43,385 bases of DNA from Gemmatimonadota bacterium (GTDB lineage: Bacteria; Gemmatimonadota; Gemmatimonadetes; Longimicrobiales; Gaopeijiaceae): assembly GCA_039591515.1 (NCBI GenBank), contig JBDHDM010000003.1:1-43385 (forward strand), written 5' to 3'. The notes beneath the pieces are model-generated. The model searched no databases. It was not told the DNA's origin and was given only the letters and a program-made list of their open reading frames with translations. Position 1 is the first letter of the stretch. The number at the start of each line of letters is the position of its first letter. Positions 27,360-36,827 of this stretch are shown here, piece by piece. A program made the translations under genes and the position numbers.

Positions 27360-27713
27360 ATGTCCGTTCGCCACGTGAACTCCCTTCCCGCTGAAGAGGT
27401 GAAGGCCGGCACCGCGACCAAGCGGCAGGTCCTCATCGGCCCGGACCAGGGACCCAACTTCGCCATGCGCCGGTTCATCATGGAGCCCGGTGGCGGCATG
27501 CCGATGCACACCAACAAGGTCGAGCACGAACAGTATGTGCTTCGTGGGAGCGCGCGAGTCCAGATCGGGGACGAGGCCCATCATGTGAAGGCGGGTGACG
27601 TGGTCTACATCCCGGGGGGAGTGCCCCACAACTATCAGGCCGAGGACGAGGGCTTCGAGTTCCTATGCGTCGTACCGAATCAACCGGACGAGATCGAGTT
27701 GGTCGACTGCTGA
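27360..27713 (+). CDS. cupin-domain protein
   Basis: GGAGG lies upstream of ATG 27360. Cupin motifs GGGMPMHTNKVEHEQYVL and GDVVYIPGGVPHNY. Confidence 0.8.
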   Translation: MSVRHVNSLPAEEVKAGTATKRQVLIGPDQGPNFAMRRFIMEPGGGMPMHTNKVEHEQYVLRGSARVQIGDEAHHVKAGDVVYIPGGVPHNYQAEDEGFEFLCVVPNQPDEIELVDC

Positions 27714-27749
27714 GGCCGGTGACTTCGGATTTCGGAGTGGGCGTCTCGC

Positions 27750-28232
27750 TCAGCCGAACTCGATCCCGCCGCCTGCTGCCTCGGCGGTGAGCAGGGCCAT
27801 GTCCGCCGCGCGCATGAGCGCCTGGGCATCCTCGATCTCGCGGGAGTAGGCGGCCAGGCCGAAGCACACGGGGGCCGACGTGTGAGGTGCAACGGCCGCC
27901 TCGATCCGGTCGGCGGCGAGCCGACCACCTGGGATGTTGCACCCGATGAGCAGGACGACGTACCGCCCCCCACCCACGTGAGACACGAGGTCGGCAGTGC
28001 GCGAGATATTCGCGATGGCCTGCCCGACGCTACGGATCTGCTCGGGTGTCGTCTGGTCGTCGACGCCGGCAGAGAGCAGCATCACGGTGAAGGGAAGCCC
28101 GCGATCACCTGCCTCGAAGAGGTAGTTGTAGACGAGGTCGAAGTGAAGACGATTGGCCAGCCCGGTCTGAGCGTCGGTGAGCGCCGGGTGCGAGCGAGCG
28201 AGCTCCCTGGCTCCTGCGTCGTCACTGCCCAT
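27750..28232 (-). CDS. stand-alone degenerate GGDEF-domain protein (A-site lost, I-site retained)
   Basis: TDAQTGLANRLHF marks the start of the domain. RTADLVSHVGGGRYVVLL sits where RxxD-x5-GG(D/E)EF is expected. ADMALLTAEAAGG marks the end of the domain. ATG 28232 has GGAG upstream. TTG 28274 is the longer alternative. Confidence 0.75.
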   Translation of the reverse strand: MGSDDAGARELARSHPALTDAQTGLANRLHFDLVYNYLFEAGDRGLPFTVMLLSAGVDDQTTPEQIRSVGQAIANISRTADLVSHVGGGRYVVLLIGCNIPGGRLAADRIEAAVAPHTSAPVCFGLAAYSREIEDAQALMRAADMALLTAEAAGGGIEFG

Positions 28233-28316
28233 CTTGGATGCTCCGTCGTCCGGGACACGAGGACTCGCGTACAATCTCGGCCATGCCGATGCGCCGCGCC
28301 AAGGCTGTCGACAGCG

Positions 28317-30257
28317 CTACTCGTCGCGGGGCAGCGCCAGGGCGATCAGCTCGGCGGGCTCGCCGCCTCCGCCGACGGAAAGGACGATGTACTGCCGATC
28401 CTCGTGCATGTAGGTCATGGGGAGCCCGACTTGGGCATTCGGTAGCTCGACCTCCGCGATCGTCTCACCCGTCGCCTTGTCGAGCGCTCGGAAGATCGGG
28501 CCGCCGGAGGCTCCCTCACCGGCGAACAGGAGGGTCCTGGTGACCAGGAGTCCGGCGCGCGACGACTTGCCCGTTCGAGGAATGAGGCTCGGGTCGATCC
28601 TGAGCGCCTCGGCCGTACCCTCTGGCGTGTCGCCGTTGGGCACGCTCCACGTCAGCGTCCCGTCCGTCAGATCGAGCGCCGTGATCTGGCCCCAAGGGGG
28701 CTTCACGATCGGTACCCCTCGGGCCACCTGCGGAGGACGGCCGTACCCGTAGATGTAATCCATGTCGGACCTCTCGCCGCCTTCGACGAGGCGCACCACC
28801 GTGATGGCCGTCGCGGATCCCACGTACAGGCGACCGGTCTCCGGATCGAGCGCGCCGCCCTCCCAGTTGGCTCCACCGGTCGAGCTCGGCTGGAGGACGA
28901 GCCCTTCGGTACCGTCGGGGGCTTCGGCGAGTGAGGGCGGGGTGTATAGCGGTCCCATTCTGAGGTTGGCCACCGCCTCCCTCGCCTTCTGCTTGATTTC
29001 CGGTGTGAAGTCGATGAGGTCGTCGTCGCTGAAGCCCTGCGGTGTGAACGGAGGCGGCTTGGTGGGGAAGGGCTGTGTGGGAGAAGTCCACTCGCCGGGC
29101 ACGTCCGTTTGCGGGACGGGACGCTCTTCGATGGGCCAAATCGGCTCACCGGTCAGTCGGTCGAACACGAAGGTGAAGCCCTGCTTCGTGAGCTGTGCCA
29201 CGATCTTGCGCGGCGCTCCGTCGATCTCGATATCGGCGAGGATCGGGAAGGTCGGATTGTCCCAGTCCCAGATGTCGTGATGGATGGTCTGGAAGTGCCA
29301 CACCTTCTCTCCGGTGCGCGAATCGAGGCACACCAGGCTCGTCGAGAAGAGATTGTCTCCGTGCCGGTGACCCCCATACCAGTCTCCGGTCGGGGCCTCG
29401 GTCGGCAGGTACACGTAGCCGGTCTCCCGGTCGAAGGAGATCGGCGCCCATACGGCCGCGTTGCCCGTGTAGGACGAGGACTCGTCCTCCCATGTCTCGT
29501 TGCCCTCTTCTCCCGGCTCCGGGATGGTCTTGAAGGTCCAGAGGAGTCGCCCCGAGCGCGCGTCGAAGCCGCGCACGTCGCCAGGTGTGTTCACCTTGGA
29601 GGGCGGCGTGAAGCCGACGTGGTGCGCAGACCCGACCACGATCACGTCGCCCACGACCGTGGGGGGCGAGCTCGATCCGATCGTGCCGACGAGCGGGATG
29701 CCCTCTCGCGTGCGGTGCCCCTCGTTGAGGTCCACCGTGCCGTCATTTCCGAAGCCCGGGACAGGGTGCCCCGTGTCCGCGTCGAGCGCGACGAGGTGAT
29801 ATCCCGGAGTGACCACGAGGATGCGGCGGTCGGCCTGGCCGTCCGTCCAATAGGCGACGCCCCGTCCTGGGTTCGGGCGCGGCGCCGCGTCGAGCCTTTC
29901 GCCCTCGTCCATACGCCAGATCCAGAGGGTCTCTCCGTTCCCGGCATCGATGGCCGCGACGCTGCGGCGCATGCCGGCCGTGGCGTAGAGCACACCGTCG
30001 ATCATGAGCGGAGTCGTCGCCGACCGGATGAAGGGGTTCGGACCGAAGTTCCTGGCGCTCCAACGCCAGGCGACCTCGAGATCGCCGGCGTTGCCCGCGT
30101 CGATCTGCTCCAGCGGTGCGTAGCGCGTGTGGCCGGGGTCACCGCCGTAGACCGCCCATTGGCCTCCGGCTGTTCCGGTCTGCGCGGCGAGGGGGGTGAG
30201 CGTGAGAAGCAGCGCGGCCATGGCCAGGCCCGGCATCATCAGTCGAGGTGTCCGCAT
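28317..30257 (-). CDS. PQQ-dependent dehydrogenase (quinoprotein beta-propeller), secreted
   Basis: Signal peptide MRTPRLMMPGLAMAALLLTLTPLAAQ. WAVYGGDPGHTRYAPLEQI...LEVAWRW. Repeated W-containing propeller blades over 646 aa. ATG 30257. Confidence 0.82.
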   Translation of the reverse strand: MRTPRLMMPGLAMAALLLTLTPLAAQTGTAGGQWAVYGGDPGHTRYAPLEQIDAGNAGDLEVAWRWSARNFGPNPFIRSATTPLMIDGVLYATAGMRRSVAAIDAGNGETLWIWRMDEGERLDAAPRPNPGRGVAYWTDGQADRRILVVTPGYHLVALDADTGHPVPGFGNDGTVDLNEGHRTREGIPLVGTIGSSSPPTVVGDVIVVGSAHHVGFTPPSKVNTPGDVRGFDARSGRLLWTFKTIPEPGEEGNETWEDESSSYTGNAAVWAPISFDRETGYVYLPTEAPTGDWYGGHRHGDNLFSTSLVCLDSRTGEKVWHFQTIHHDIWDWDNPTFPILADIEIDGAPRKIVAQLTKQGFTFVFDRLTGEPIWPIEERPVPQTDVPGEWTSPTQPFPTKPPPFTPQGFSDDDLIDFTPEIKQKAREAVANLRMGPLYTPPSLAEAPDGTEGLVLQPSSTGGANWEGGALDPETGRLYVGSATAITVVRLVEGGERSDMDYIYGYGRPPQVARGVPIVKPPWGQITALDLTDGTLTWSVPNGDTPEGTAEALRIDPSLIPRTGKSSRAGLLVTRTLLFAGEGASGGPIFRALDKATGETIAEVELPNAQVGLPMTYMHEDRQYIVLSVGGGGEPAELIALALPRDE

Positions 30258-30425
30258 GCGCGTCGTGTGCGTGGGGAGCAGGGTGCGCGGAGCCCGTGTC
30301 GGCCTGCCCTTCCCGACGCGGGACGTTGCTGAGGGGCTATTGTGGTCGGCCCGGCCTCCGGCCGCCAGGTGACGGGACCGCTCGTCCGTTGCGATGCACA
30401 TGTCGGCTCCCTAGCGTCTCGACCC

Positions 30426-31403
30426 ATGAAGAAACGCTCGCTCCCTCGGAGCCTCGTGGCCGTGCCGGTGCTCTTCGTCGCCGTGGCTTTCGCGCTGGGC
30501 CCCCGTGTTCGCTTCGAGGATCGCTGGGTCGAGCCCGAAGTGCCCGAGGACGTCGAGGGGTGGCTGTCTGAGCGGGAGTCCTCCGTCGTGGGCGTGCGCG
30601 GAGGCGACGAGAAGGGGATCGTGTGGGCCGACCCGGACGCACGGGACGTCAAGCCGTTGTCTCTCGTATACCTTCACGGCTTTTCAGCGGACCGGCACGA
30701 GATCGAGCCCGTGCTTACAGAGCTGGCCGCCGACGTCGGGGCGAACGTGTTCTTCACCCGTCTCCGAGGACACGGAAGGGACGGGTCCGCGATGGCGGAG
30801 GCGACCGTTGAGGCCTGGCTGGACGACACTGCCGAGGCCCTCGCTGTCGGTCGCCGGATCGGTGAGCGCGTCGTGCTGCTCGGCACGTCGACCGGAGCTA
30901 CGTTGGCAACGTGGGCTGCCGTGCGCCCGGAGGCCGCAGATCGTTTGGCGGGGTTGGTCCTGATCTCGCCCAATTATCAGCCGAAAGACCGGTCGTCGCG
31001 CGTCCTCCTCTTCCCCTGGGGGGGCGTCTTGGCCCGGATGTTCGTCGGTGAGCAACGGTGCTTCACTCCGGAGAACGAGGCCCAAGCCCGACACTGGACC
31101 ACGTGTTATCCCACCGAGGCGCTCGAGACGATGATGGCGCTCGTGGAGCACGTCCGAACGATGGACGTTTCCCCGGTCCGAGTGCCCACGCTCGTGTTGT
31201 ACAGTCCGCAGGATCAGGTCGTCGAGCCGCTCGAGACGGAGCGTGTGCTGGAGCGGATGACGGCCGTGGACGCCGAGGTGCGTATCGTGCGGTCGACCTC
31301 GGATCCGTCGCGTCACGTGCTGGCCGGCGACATCGTGTCTCCGGACTCGAACGCCGAGGTGACCGCCATGATCCGGACCTTCCTCCACCAGGTACGACGA
31401 TGA
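30426..31403 (+). CDS. alpha/beta hydrolase (esterase/lipase-like) with N-terminal membrane anchor or signal
   Basis: MKKRSLPRSLVAVPVLFVAVAFAL, VYLHGFSADRHE, LLGTSTGA (GxSxG). Confidence 0.8.
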   Translation: MKKRSLPRSLVAVPVLFVAVAFALGPRVRFEDRWVEPEVPEDVEGWLSERESSVVGVRGGDEKGIVWADPDARDVKPLSLVYLHGFSADRHEIEPVLTELAADVGANVFFTRLRGHGRDGSAMAEATVEAWLDDTAEALAVGRRIGERVVLLGTSTGATLATWAAVRPEAADRLAGLVLISPNYQPKDRSSRVLLFPWGGVLARMFVGEQRCFTPENEAQARHWTTCYPTEALETMMALVEHVRTMDVSPVRVPTLVLYSPQDQVVEPLETERVLERMTAVDAEVRIVRSTSDPSRHVLAGDIVSPDSNAEVTAMIRTFLHQVRR

Positions 31404-31945
31404 GCGCAGCAGGAGGTGCCCCCGACGCGGCCTCGTCCGTGCCGGATGAGCCTGCTCCGGTCACGCCGGAGGAACTCCTCGCCCGACTCCAGGCGCTTGG
31501 AATCGAGGCGCACACCGCCTCCCATCGTCCGGTTTTCACCGTGGAAGAGGCCAAGGCCTACCGGGGAGACCTCGAAGGTGCACACGTCAAGAACCTGTTC
31601 CTACGCGACAAGAAGGGCGCGATGTGGCTCGTCGTTGCGGTGGAGAGTCGACCGATCGATCTCAAGGCCCTCGCGGCGAAGCTCGGTCACAAGGGGTTCT
31701 CCTTCGCCAGCGAGCAACGCCTGCGCAGGTACCTCGGTGTGATCCCCGGGGCGGTGACGCCGTTCGGTGTCGTGAACGACCGGGACGGGAAGGTGTCGGT
31801 GGCGCTCGACGCCGCGTTGCGTGAGCACGAGCTGTGGAACTTCCATCCGCTCGTCAACTCGATGACCACGACGATTCGCGCTGCGGACATGATGCGCTTC
31901 CTCGAGTCCGTGGACCATCCACCGCGCTGGGTATCGTTCGACTGA
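31400..31945 (+). CDS. YbaK/ProX-type aminoacyl-tRNA editing (deacylase) domain protein
   Basis: HVKNLFLRDKKG and GVIPGAVTPFG motifs. The ATG overlaps the upstream stop (ATGA, 31400..31403). Confidence 0.82.
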   Translation: MSAAGGAPDAASSVPDEPAPVTPEELLARLQALGIEAHTASHRPVFTVEEAKAYRGDLEGAHVKNLFLRDKKGAMWLVVAVESRPIDLKALAAKLGHKGFSFASEQRLRRYLGVIPGAVTPFGVVNDRDGKVSVALDAALREHELWNFHPLVNSMTTTIRAADMMRFLESVDHPPRWVSFD

Positions 31946-31988
31946 GTCCACGGTGCGGTTGACGCCCGAGGGGGACGCCGGTGCAGGC

Positions 31989-33557
31989 TCAGGTGACCGA
32001 GCGCGCCAGGGCGGGAAGGCGATCGAACCAGGGCCGAGCGCGCTCGAGCTGACCGGACAACCGAAACAGCAGGTCCTCACGACCGAGTCGTCCCACGACG
32101 TGCACGCCGACCGGGAGGCCGTCTTTATCCCACGAGAGGGGCAGCGACACCGCCGGATGGCCGGTCGCGTTGAACATGGGGGTGAAGGGGGTGAACGAGA
32201 GGACGTCCCTCGCCGCCTCGTCGATCAAGCCGGCAGCCCGGACGAGGCGCCCCGAGCCGAAAACGCCGAGCAGGCGCAGCTGACGCACCTCCGCGGCAGA
32301 CGGCCCGATCGTTCCGAGCGTGGGCGGGGGCTTGGAGAGCGTCGGGGTCAGGATGGCGTCGTAGCTCTCGAAGAACTCCCCAATCGAGCGCCCCATGATC
32401 TCGAGGCCGCGCAGGGCGGCAGCGAGCTCCGTCGAGGAGATCGCACCGGCCAGGAGCGCGAGCGCTCGGGTCGCCGGCTCGACCTCGCCTCGCCGCGGAC
32501 GCCGACCGACCATGCTCGTTGCTTCCGCCAAGTCAGCGCTCACCTCGCTCGCCAGGACGGTGAGGAAGTGCCTCGAAAAGAGAGGCCCGTCGACCGGGAG
32601 TTCAGCGGGGACGAGCTCGTGACCGAGCTCCTCGAGAAGGGCTACCGCGTCTTCGACGGCGTCCACACAGTGCGGGTGAACCTCGACATCGGCCGGTGGC
32701 CGGACGGTCCAGGCGATCCTCAGCGGGCCGACCCCGGCGTCGACCTCCTCGCGGTAGGGGCGAGCAGGAGCCGGGATCTCGAAGGGTGCACCCGGATCGG
32801 GCCCGTGGGTCGCGTCGAGCATCGCGGCGCTATCCCGGACGCTTCGCGTGATCACGTGCTCGACCGTGGCGCCCCTCCAATTCTGTCCGCGGCGAGGCCC
32901 GGTCGGCGTGCGTCCACGCGTCGGCTTGAGCCCGAACAGACCGCAGCACGATGCGGGGATTCGAATCGACCCTCCTCCGTCGCCGCCGCCCGCCATCGGG
33001 ACGATGCCTGCGGCGACTGCTGCAGCGGATCCGCCACTCGACCCCCCGGGCGTCCGCTCCGTGTCCCACGGATTACGGCAAGGGCCCCAGAGCTCCGGCT
33101 CGGTGGTGGGGAGAAGGCCCCACTCGGGCAGGTTGGTCTTCCCGAACACCGAGACACCGGTCTCTTTGACGCGTCGAGCGAGCTCGGAGTCCCAGTCCAC
33201 GACGACGTCGGCGAGAAAGCGACTTCCGGCCGAAGTCGGATGGCCCGCGTACATCGAAAGGAGGTCCTTGGCGAGGAAGGGAACGCCGGTGAAGGGGGGA
33301 GAGCGCACGTTTGCGTGCTCTGTCGTGATCGGCTCCTGGCGACCCTTTCCGAGCGACCCGTCCGACCTCGCCGCCGCCTCGCGAGCGTCGGCGACCATGA
33401 GGTGGACCACGGCGTTCAGGTGAGGGTTGAGGGCCTCGACGCGCGCGAGGGCGATGTCGAGCAGCTCGCCTGCCGTGACGTCGCCGGCGCGGGCGCGCGC
33501 CGCGAGCGCGGTTGCGTCGTGGGCCAGATACTCTTCGTGCGTCATGGCGAGTGGCAC
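31989..33557 (-). CDS. amidase-signature family amidase
   Basis: [46 protein letters not shown]. Confidence 0.88.
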   Translation of the reverse strand: MPLAMTHEEYLAHDATALAARARAGDVTAGELLDIALARVEALNPHLNAVVHLMVADAREAAARSDGSLGKGRQEPITTEHANVRSPPFTGVPFLAKDLLSMYAGHPTSAGSRFLADVVVDWDSELARRVKETGVSVFGKTNLPEWGLLPTTEPELWGPCRNPWDTERTPGGSSGGSAAAVAAGIVPMAGGGDGGGSIRIPASCCGLFGLKPTRGRTPTGPRRGQNWRGATVEHVITRSVRDSAAMLDATHGPDPGAPFEIPAPARPYREEVDAGVGPLRIAWTVRPPADVEVHPHCVDAVEDAVALLEELGHELVPAELPVDGPLFSRHFLTVLASEVSADLAEATSMVGRRPRRGEVEPATRALALLAGAISSTELAAALRGLEIMGRSIGEFFESYDAILTPTLSKPPPTLGTIGPSAAEVRQLRLLGVFGSGRLVRAAGLIDEAARDVLSFTPFTPMFNATGHPAVSLPLSWDKDGLPVGVHVVGRLGREDLLFRLSGQLERARPWFDRLPALARSVT

Positions 33558-33576
33558 GTGGGGGCGAAGGGGATCA

Positions 33577-35928
33577 TCACGCGCCCACCGCCCGCTCCAG
33601 GTCCGCGAGCATCTGTCGTGAGCTGGTGTGCTCGGGCATGAACTCGACCGCGCGCCGTGCGTGGGGCAGCGCCTCCTCGAATCGTTCGAGGCGGATGTAG
33701 GTGCGGCCGAGCTCGAAGTGCGCGAGCCCGAAGCCCGGGTCGGCCGCCACGGCCCGAGCGTACGACTCCGCGGCCTCGGCCAGGCGATTGGCCCGTTGCA
33801 GCGTGTTCCCGAGGTTGAAGTGGGCCAGGGACTCGTGCGGATTGAGGCGGAGCGCTTCGGCGAAGGCCTCCTGGGCGCCGCTCGGGTCTCCGTCGTTGCC
33901 CCGGGCGATTCCGAGATTCACCCAGGCGAGGGGTTGCCGGGTATCGATGGCCAGACTGGCCTCGATCGCGCGCACGGCCGCGGGCCAATCGCCGGCCTGG
34001 CTGTGGGTCTGTCCGAGGGAATGGAGGACACGTGCATCCTCGGGCCGGACCTCGAGCGCCTTTTCGTACGCGATCTGGCTCGCGGCGAGGTCACCCTCCT
34101 CGCGCGCCCGGTCACCGAGGAAGCCGAGGGCGAGGATCCAGCGGCCTCTCAAGGCCTCATCCGTCGCGGGGTCGGACGCGACGTCCTCGAGCGCGGCGGC
34201 GAGACCAACGCGCACGTCCGGATCGTCACCGCGCGACCAGTGCAGAGCCGCCAGAGCGAGCGAGCGGACGTCCAGGTCGGAGCTCGACGAGAGTGCGCCC
34301 AGCCGGTCCTCGGCTGCCCCCGGCAGCGCGGGCACGTTCGGCTGGAGATACGCGGTCACGAGTCGGCTCAAGCCCTGGAATTGGACGAGTGGGTCGAGCT
34401 CATCGGGATGCAGCAGGAGTGTGGCGGCCTCCTCGGCATTGCGGGCGCGGAACTCGGACGCGAGGCCGGAGACGGTGGGGCGGTGGGGTTTTCCCTCCCC
34501 CCACCATTCGCTCACCTGTCGTTGCAGCTCGAGTGCGGACTGGTCCGCGTGACACTGGACGCATGCCCCTCGAAGGCCGAGGTCCGCGTCGAAGCCCGGT
34601 CGGGGGATCGCGATCGTGTGGTCCGAGCGCCCGAAGGTGACCCCGTCGCCCACTTCCGGATGTTGTAGATAGGGCATGTGACACGAGACGCACTTGGCGC
34701 CTTCGGAGCCCGGTTCGTGGAAGGTGTGGGCGCGCGGATCGACTTCCTTGCTGCGATGGCAGGACGTGCACTGACCGTCGTCGAAGGGATCGGCGAGAGG
34801 AGTCTTGTCGACGTCCCAGTAGCCCTGCCCGTGCGGCTCGTGGCAGCTGACACAGTCCATCGGGCCCTGCAGATAACACGCGGAGGCGAGGTGCGTCGCC
34901 TGGTAGGCGAAGCTCCGTACCCGTCCGTCGATCGTGTACGGCTGATCGCCGAGGACCGGATACTTGAGGGCGTAGTACGCCTCGAGTGGCTCACCGGGAA
35001 GGTACCCCTCCTTCAGAACGTCCTTGAGGGCGTGGCACTGGAAGCAGACCTCGAGGGATTCGTCCTTGTCGAGGTAGGCGAGGCTCAAGATCCCGACCTC
35101 CCCGTCCTCACCGAACGGCCCCGCTGTCGCGCGCTCCACGTGTGCGCGGCCGGGCCCGTGGCACGACTCGCAGTTGACCTGCAGCGTCGTGTAGCTGGTG
35201 GTGTACCCCGAGCCCGGGTCGATCTCCGTGAGAATCTGGCTTCCGTGGCACTCCTGGCAGTTCGCGAACCGATTGATCGTCCCGATCGGGCGGAGCGGCG
35301 GCCAATCCCCACAATCGGCCATCGGCATCCGCGAGGTGATCGGCTCCCAGCCCCGGTCGGCTCGCGTGCCCGTGTTGCAGAACCACGTCTCTTCGGAGCC
35401 CGACCAGTCCCACGGCAGGAAGCGCTCCGTGCCGTCCACCTGACGGCCGATGTATCCCTGCGTGCCCCCTCCGATCATGTGCGCCCCGCCAATGACGCCG
35501 TCGACCCGGAAGACGGCCTCGTCGAAGCCTTGCTGACGCACGGCGAACTCGTAGGTGCCGGCCCGGATACGGGGGACGACCACTCCGTCGGAGAACCGGA
35601 TCGGTTGGCCGTCGAAGGGTGCGATGACGATGTCCGGCCCGGGCGTGCCGCCAGCTCTGCCGTGCGTGGACCCCGACCAGGCCTGGTACTCGGAGGCGTG
35701 ACAAGCGGCGCAGGCCTCCGCGCCGATGAAGTCGTCGGAGGACACGGCTCGAGCCGCCACGGGAGAGGGTGAAGGGAAGTCCTCCGATGCGCGATCCGCC
35801 GGGCCGCCTCCGGACTCACAGGCGCCGAGCGCCAGGACCGCGAGCGAGAGCGCCGTCACTCCGGGGCGGCCGGGCCGGGAGGCCGGACCCGCACGACGGA
35901 TCACCGTCCGTCGCCCTCTCGTGCCCAT
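33577..35928 (-). CDS. octahaem c-type cytochrome fused to C-terminal TPR repeats, lipoprotein
   Basis: Own start ATG 35928, with lipoprotein signal MGTRGRRTVIRRAGPASRPGRPGVTALSLAVLALGAC. Eight CxxCH motifs: CAACH, CQECH, CESCH, CFQCH, CVSCH, CTSCH, CVSCH, CVQCH. TPR-like repeats run from about aa 560 to the end (AYEKALEVRPEDA..., AFAEALRLNPHES..., SYARAVAADPGFG...). In the sequence as given it is read through from the upstream gene. Confidence 0.8.
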   Translation of the reverse strand: MGTRGRRTVIRRAGPASRPGRPGVTALSLAVLALGACESGGGPADRASEDFPSPSPVAARAVSSDDFIGAEACAACHASEYQAWSGSTHGRAGGTPGPDIVIAPFDGQPIRFSDGVVVPRIRAGTYEFAVRQQGFDEAVFRVDGVIGGAHMIGGGTQGYIGRQVDGTERFLPWDWSGSEETWFCNTGTRADRGWEPITSRMPMADCGDWPPLRPIGTINRFANCQECHGSQILTEIDPGSGYTTSYTTLQVNCESCHGPGRAHVERATAGPFGEDGEVGILSLAYLDKDESLEVCFQCHALKDVLKEGYLPGEPLEAYYALKYPVLGDQPYTIDGRVRSFAYQATHLASACYLQGPMDCVSCHEPHGQGYWDVDKTPLADPFDDGQCTSCHRSKEVDPRAHTFHEPGSEGAKCVSCHMPYLQHPEVGDGVTFGRSDHTIAIPRPGFDADLGLRGACVQCHADQSALELQRQVSEWWGEGKPHRPTVSGLASEFRARNAEEAATLLLHPDELDPLVQFQGLSRLVTAYLQPNVPALPGAAEDRLGALSSSSDLDVRSLALAALHWSRGDDPDVRVGLAAALEDVASDPATDEALRGRWILALGFLGDRAREEGDLAASQIAYEKALEVRPEDARVLHSLGQTHSQAGDWPAAVRAIEASLAIDTRQPLAWVNLGIARGNDGDPSGAQEAFAEALRLNPHESLAHFNLGNTLQRANRLAEAAESYARAVAADPGFGLAHFELGRTYIRLERFEEALPHARRAVEFMPEHTSSRQMLADLERAVGA

Positions 35929-36708
35929 ACCGGTTGTTCGCACTCGCACAGTGTGCGGATGTGCAGCACCAGCGCCCGGATCTGTTCCGGCTCGCCGGAT
36001 CTGTTCCGGCTCGAGCATGTCCCCGAACCCGGGCATGAGCGGGCTCTTGTCGAGGATGAAGCCGCCCGCGGCGATCCCGTCGTAGAGCGTGTCGTCCGGT
36101 CGCTTCGCCATGGCTTCGGCGTCGGCGTGTACGGTCGGAATCAACCCGAGGTTCGCGGCGTTCCACCCATCTCCACCACCGGCTGCGCCGTGACACGCGG
36201 CGCAGTGGCGGTCGTACAGGGCAGCTCCGTTCTGCTCAGCGCCCGGTGGCAGAGCGGCCGGCGGCTGCGGCAGCGCCGCGATAGTCGGGCTCGGGTTCGG
36301 GGGCAGGCTCATGATGTACGAGGCGAGTCGTCTGGCTTCGCGATCCGGCATGCGCTGACGTGGCATCATCGTGCCGGGCACGGTACTGGCGGGGTCCTGG
36401 ATCATGCGGAGCACGTGATCGATCTCCGCCCGTTCGCGGATGCCGTCGAGGATCGGGCCGATCATGCCGCCCACCCCCCCGATCTGGTGGCAGCCGCGGC
36501 AGGCGAGCCGATTCTCGAGAAGCCGCTCGACCCGCGCCGACTGAAACGCGGAGAGAGACCCGTCCGCCTCCTGCGCCGACGCTTCGTCCGCCCCACAAGC
36601 CAACGCGGCGGCGCACGCCAGGGTCAGCCGACCGGCGGCACGTGAGAGACGGGACGCTCCTGTGTGGAGTCGCCCGGCTGGGGGCTCGAGGATCGCAAAG
36701 GTAGCCAT
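35901..36708 (-). pseudogene. dihaem class-I cytochrome c, C-terminus frameshifted by a 19-bp tandem duplication (reads into the downstream gene)
   Basis: ATG 36708. Signal-like RLTLACAAALACGADEASAQ. Two CxxCH motifs (CRGCH, CAACH). The native TGA at 35903..35901 is in frame only if one repeat copy is removed: 808 nt minus 19 is 789 nt, or 263 codons. Confidence 0.6.
35976..36013. repeat. perfect 19-bp direct tandem duplication (2 x CCGGATCTGTTCCGGCTCG)
   Basis: Read directly from the sequence. Copy 1 is 35976..35994 and copy 2 is 35995..36013, with no mismatch. Confidence 0.97.
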
Positions 36709-36827
36709 GGCCCGAACACCCTCTCCCGCCCCGACCACGGTGTCAAGCAACCGGGCCGGCGCGCATGCGGTCGGCCTTCGAGGCGCCGCCCCCCGGCACG
36801 TATGCCTGGATGCGGAGGGCGCGGACC

